Source: an uncultured Desulfospira sp.
GTDB taxonomy: Bacteria > Desulfobacterota > Desulfobacteria > Desulfobacterales > Desulfobacteraceae
Assembly (NCBI GenBank): GCA_963663165.1
Contig: OY760175.1
Coordinates: 2,784,001-2,848,000, forward strand
Reading direction: 5' to 3'
Length of the DNA: 64,000 nucleotides
Shown: piece by piece, positions 61,722 to 64,000 of the stretch
Position numbering within the stretch: the first letter of the stretch is position 1
Layout: every line of letters begins with the position of its first letter
Program-made: the position numbers and the translations under genes
Notes under the pieces: generated by a model
Databases searched by the model: none
The model's input: the letters and a program-made list of their open reading frames with translations, nothing else
Told to the model about the DNA's origin: nothing

Positions 61722-63125
61722 TTGAAAAAACTCCATTTCATTCTGACACAGACCGGCGGTTTTAAGGAAATCCGGGACAGCCTTGGCCGGACCTTTGATA
61801 TCGACCTCAGCCGGCAGCTAACCCCTGCCCTTCAGGTGATGGGCCGAAGCCGGCCGGATTTCATATTTATTGACATTGAAATCCTGATGCAGGCAGCGTC
61901 CAACAGCAGTTTCAAGGCGTTATTCCAGACCATTGCCCTGATCTGCCCCAACATCAGCATCATCGTTCTTTCCCCTGCCGGCCTTTTGCCCCACGCTGTA
62001 AAAATGGTTCATGAGGGGGCCCAGTCTTATCTGACCTACCCCCTTGTGGCCGATGAAATCCAGCTGGTGGTCAACAGCATCATTGAGCAGGCCCGGGCCC
62101 GGTCGGAGCTGGACTATTTGAGGGACCAGGTATGGCAGGAGGATGACTTTGAGCTGCTCAATTCCAAAAGCCCTGCCATGAAAACGGTCTTTGAAAAAAT
62201 CCGGGCCGTGGCCCCCACCCGGAGTACCGTGCTGTTAACCGGGGAAACCGGCACCGGCAAGGGGTTTACAGCCCGGTTCATTCATAAGATTTCCCAAAGA
62301 AAAAATGACCGGTTTATTGAGGTTCACTGCGGGGCCATTCCCGACACCCTGGTGGAAAGTGAAATGTTCGGCCATGAAAAAGGGGCATTTACCGGCGCAT
62401 TCAAACGAAAGCTGGGAAAATTTGAACTGGCCGGAAGCGGGACCATCTTTCTGGACGAAATCGGCACCATTACCCCGCCGGTCCAGATCAAGCTTCTCCA
62501 GGTGCTTCAAAACGGCACCTTTCACCGGGTGGGCGGTGAAGAAGAAATTCAGTCAGATGTCCGAATCATCGCCGCGTCCAATATCGATCTAAAACAGCTC
62601 AGGGATGAAAAGCTTTTCCGCTCGGATCTGTATTACCGGCTCAATGTGTTTCCAGTGGAACTGCCCTGCTTAAATGAACGAAAAGAGGACATTCCCCAAT
62701 TGGTGGAAATCTTTCTGGCCAAGCTGAACACCTTCCATTCCAAGGCCATTTCCCAGGTGCATCCCAAGGTGCTAGAGGCATTTTTGACCTATTCCTGGCC
62801 GGGCAATATCCGGGAGCTTGAAAATGTTCTGGAAAGGGCATACATCCTTGAAAGCACCTCCACACTGCGGCCGGAAAATTTTCCAGTGGAACTGTTCACC
62901 CACTCCCCCCAACCCTTTTCCGGAACCATTGACCAGGGCATGACACTGGCCCAGGTCAGAAAACAGGAAGTGGAACGGGTCGAACAAAAGTACCTGGACC
63001 TGCTGTTGACAAAATTCGGCGGCAGGATAAACGCCACGGCAAACGCCGCCGGCATCACCACCCGGCAGCTCCACAAGCTGATGAAAAAACACGCGCTGAT
63101 CAAAGAAACCTATAAAAAGAAATAG
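61722..63125 (+). CDS. Sigma54-dependent activator with atypical receiver domain
   Basis: GETGTGK, ESEMFGHEKGAFTGA, WPGNIREL, C-terminal HTH. Confidence 0.9.
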   Translation: MKKLHFILTQTGGFKEIRDSLGRTFDIDLSRQLTPALQVMGRSRPDFIFIDIEILMQAASNSSFKALFQTIALICPNISIIVLSPAGLLPHAVKMVHEGAQSYLTYPLVADEIQLVVNSIIEQARARSELDYLRDQVWQEDDFELLNSKSPAMKTVFEKIRAVAPTRSTVLLTGETGTGKGFTARFIHKISQRKNDRFIEVHCGAIPDTLVESEMFGHEKGAFTGAFKRKLGKFELAGSGTIFLDEIGTITPPVQIKLLQVLQNGTFHRVGGEEEIQSDVRIIAASNIDLKQLRDEKLFRSDLYYRLNVFPVELPCLNERKEDIPQLVEIFLAKLNTFHSKAISQVHPKVLEAFLTYSWPGNIRELENVLERAYILESTSTLRPENFPVELFTHSPQPFSGTIDQGMTLAQVRKQEVERVEQKYLDLLLTKFGGRINATANAAGITTRQLHKLMKKHALIKETYKKK

Positions 63126-63139
63126 CCGCCCATGCCCCC

Positions 63140-64000
63140 CTACCCTTTTGCATGGGGCGCCAGGGGTTTTTTGGGGAAAAACCATGCTTTGTCCAGATAA
63201 GGAAAGTGCCTCATGGCCCATTCAAGGGGGGCATTGGAATGGGACTTCAGCCAGAGCCGGATCACCGCCTGGTATAAACCAAAAAAAAGGATGGCCCCGG
63301 CAACCACCGGCAGAACAGCGTAATCCTCTCTAATTTGGGGGACATGCTCAGCAAAGTTTATCCATAGAACATGAAGGACGTACAGGGTCAGGGTGCTTTT
63401 CCCTGCAAAAATAAAATAACTGGCTATCCGCTGCCCAAAAGATGCGGCCCATATCAAGCTCAGGGAAATGACGAAAAGGCCGGTTCCAAGTCCCGATACA
63501 ATGGAAAAAGGACTGGGAAGGGTCAGATCCATCCCGGTCAACTCGGCCCAAACCATGTAAATCAGAGCTGCCTGGTCCCGGGAACTGCCACAGGAAAGGG
63601 CTGCCCGGGCCATGGCACCCGGCATAAAATCTGCGGCCGCCCCGCAAATCACCATCATCACAAGGCCTGAAACCAGAAGTTTGAATAAAAAGGACAGTTT
63701 GTCCAGATGCTGCCGTCCCAGCCACATGCCGAAAAGATAGAGGCAGGCCCAGGGAAACACAGGATAGTAACCCGTGAAAAACAGGTCTGACACCATCCCG
63801 GCAAAACTTTCAGGGTCTATGTTTTCCAGGCCCTGGGCAATCAGGTCAAGGAACCGGACAAAGCCTGTCAGCCAGAAGACAGCCGCAGCGGCCAAAAGCC
63901 TTTTGCCGGGCATCTGTCCGAAGATGATGCCGATAAAAATAAACACCCCGTAATAATGAAGGATGTCGGCAGACCAGATTTGGGTCAGCAGCCCTCCCGA
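63140..64000 (-). CDS. DUF418-like multi-pass membrane protein (partial, start beyond window)
   Basis: DILHYYG, GYYPVFPW, GKSTLTLYVLH, APLEWAMR; frame stays open to the window end. Confidence 0.75.
   Translation of the reverse strand, partial: SGGLLTQIWSADILHYYGVFIFIGIIFGQMPGKRLLAAAAVFWLTGFVRFLDLIAQGLENIDPESFAGMVSDLFFTGYYPVFPWACLYLFGMWLGRQHLDKLSFLFKLLVSGLVMMVICGAAADFMPGAMARAALSCGSSRDQAALIYMVWAELTGMDLTLPSPFSIVSGLGTGLFVISLSLIWAASFGQRIASYFIFAGKSTLTLYVLHVLWINFAEHVPQIREDYAVLPVVAGAILFFGLYQAVIRLWLKSHSNAPLEWAMRHFPYLDKAWFFPKKPLAPHAKG

Overview
Chromosomal window from an anaerobic deltaproteobacterium. Gene content and order suggest a Desulfobacterales sulfate reducer (inference only). The core part holds housekeeping genes (rluD-like, carD, pth, rplY, prs, tRNA-Gln, ispE), a Wood-Ljungdahl cluster (folD-fhs divergent from acsD-cooS-acsB-acsC-acsE-cooC), modABC, a complete rnfCDGEAB operon plus an orphan RnfB/flavoprotein fusion, several sigma54 systems, a CoA-transferase with TetR, a PEP-CTERM-type protein and an MCP. 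Three things stand out. (1) A dispersed non-coding element has a conserved frame (..ATCTCC - insert - TTATTATCC...GTTACATG) around interchangeable hairpins built from different short periodic repeats, with copies at about 28.3, 49.0, 49.2/53.4 and 59.0 kb. (2) A 4.1-kb five-gene RIT element (three tyrosine recombinases plus two small ORFs) sits exactly in the frame of one copy, with terminal inverted repeats and a CTCCAA duplication. (3) Between two identical 114-bp copies of the element lies a nitrogenase-like system: a NifH-NifD-like fusion plus a NifK/BchZ-like partner, with 3+1 Cys and no FeMo-co Cys ligand. All calls come from reading motifs by eye; no database searches were run.
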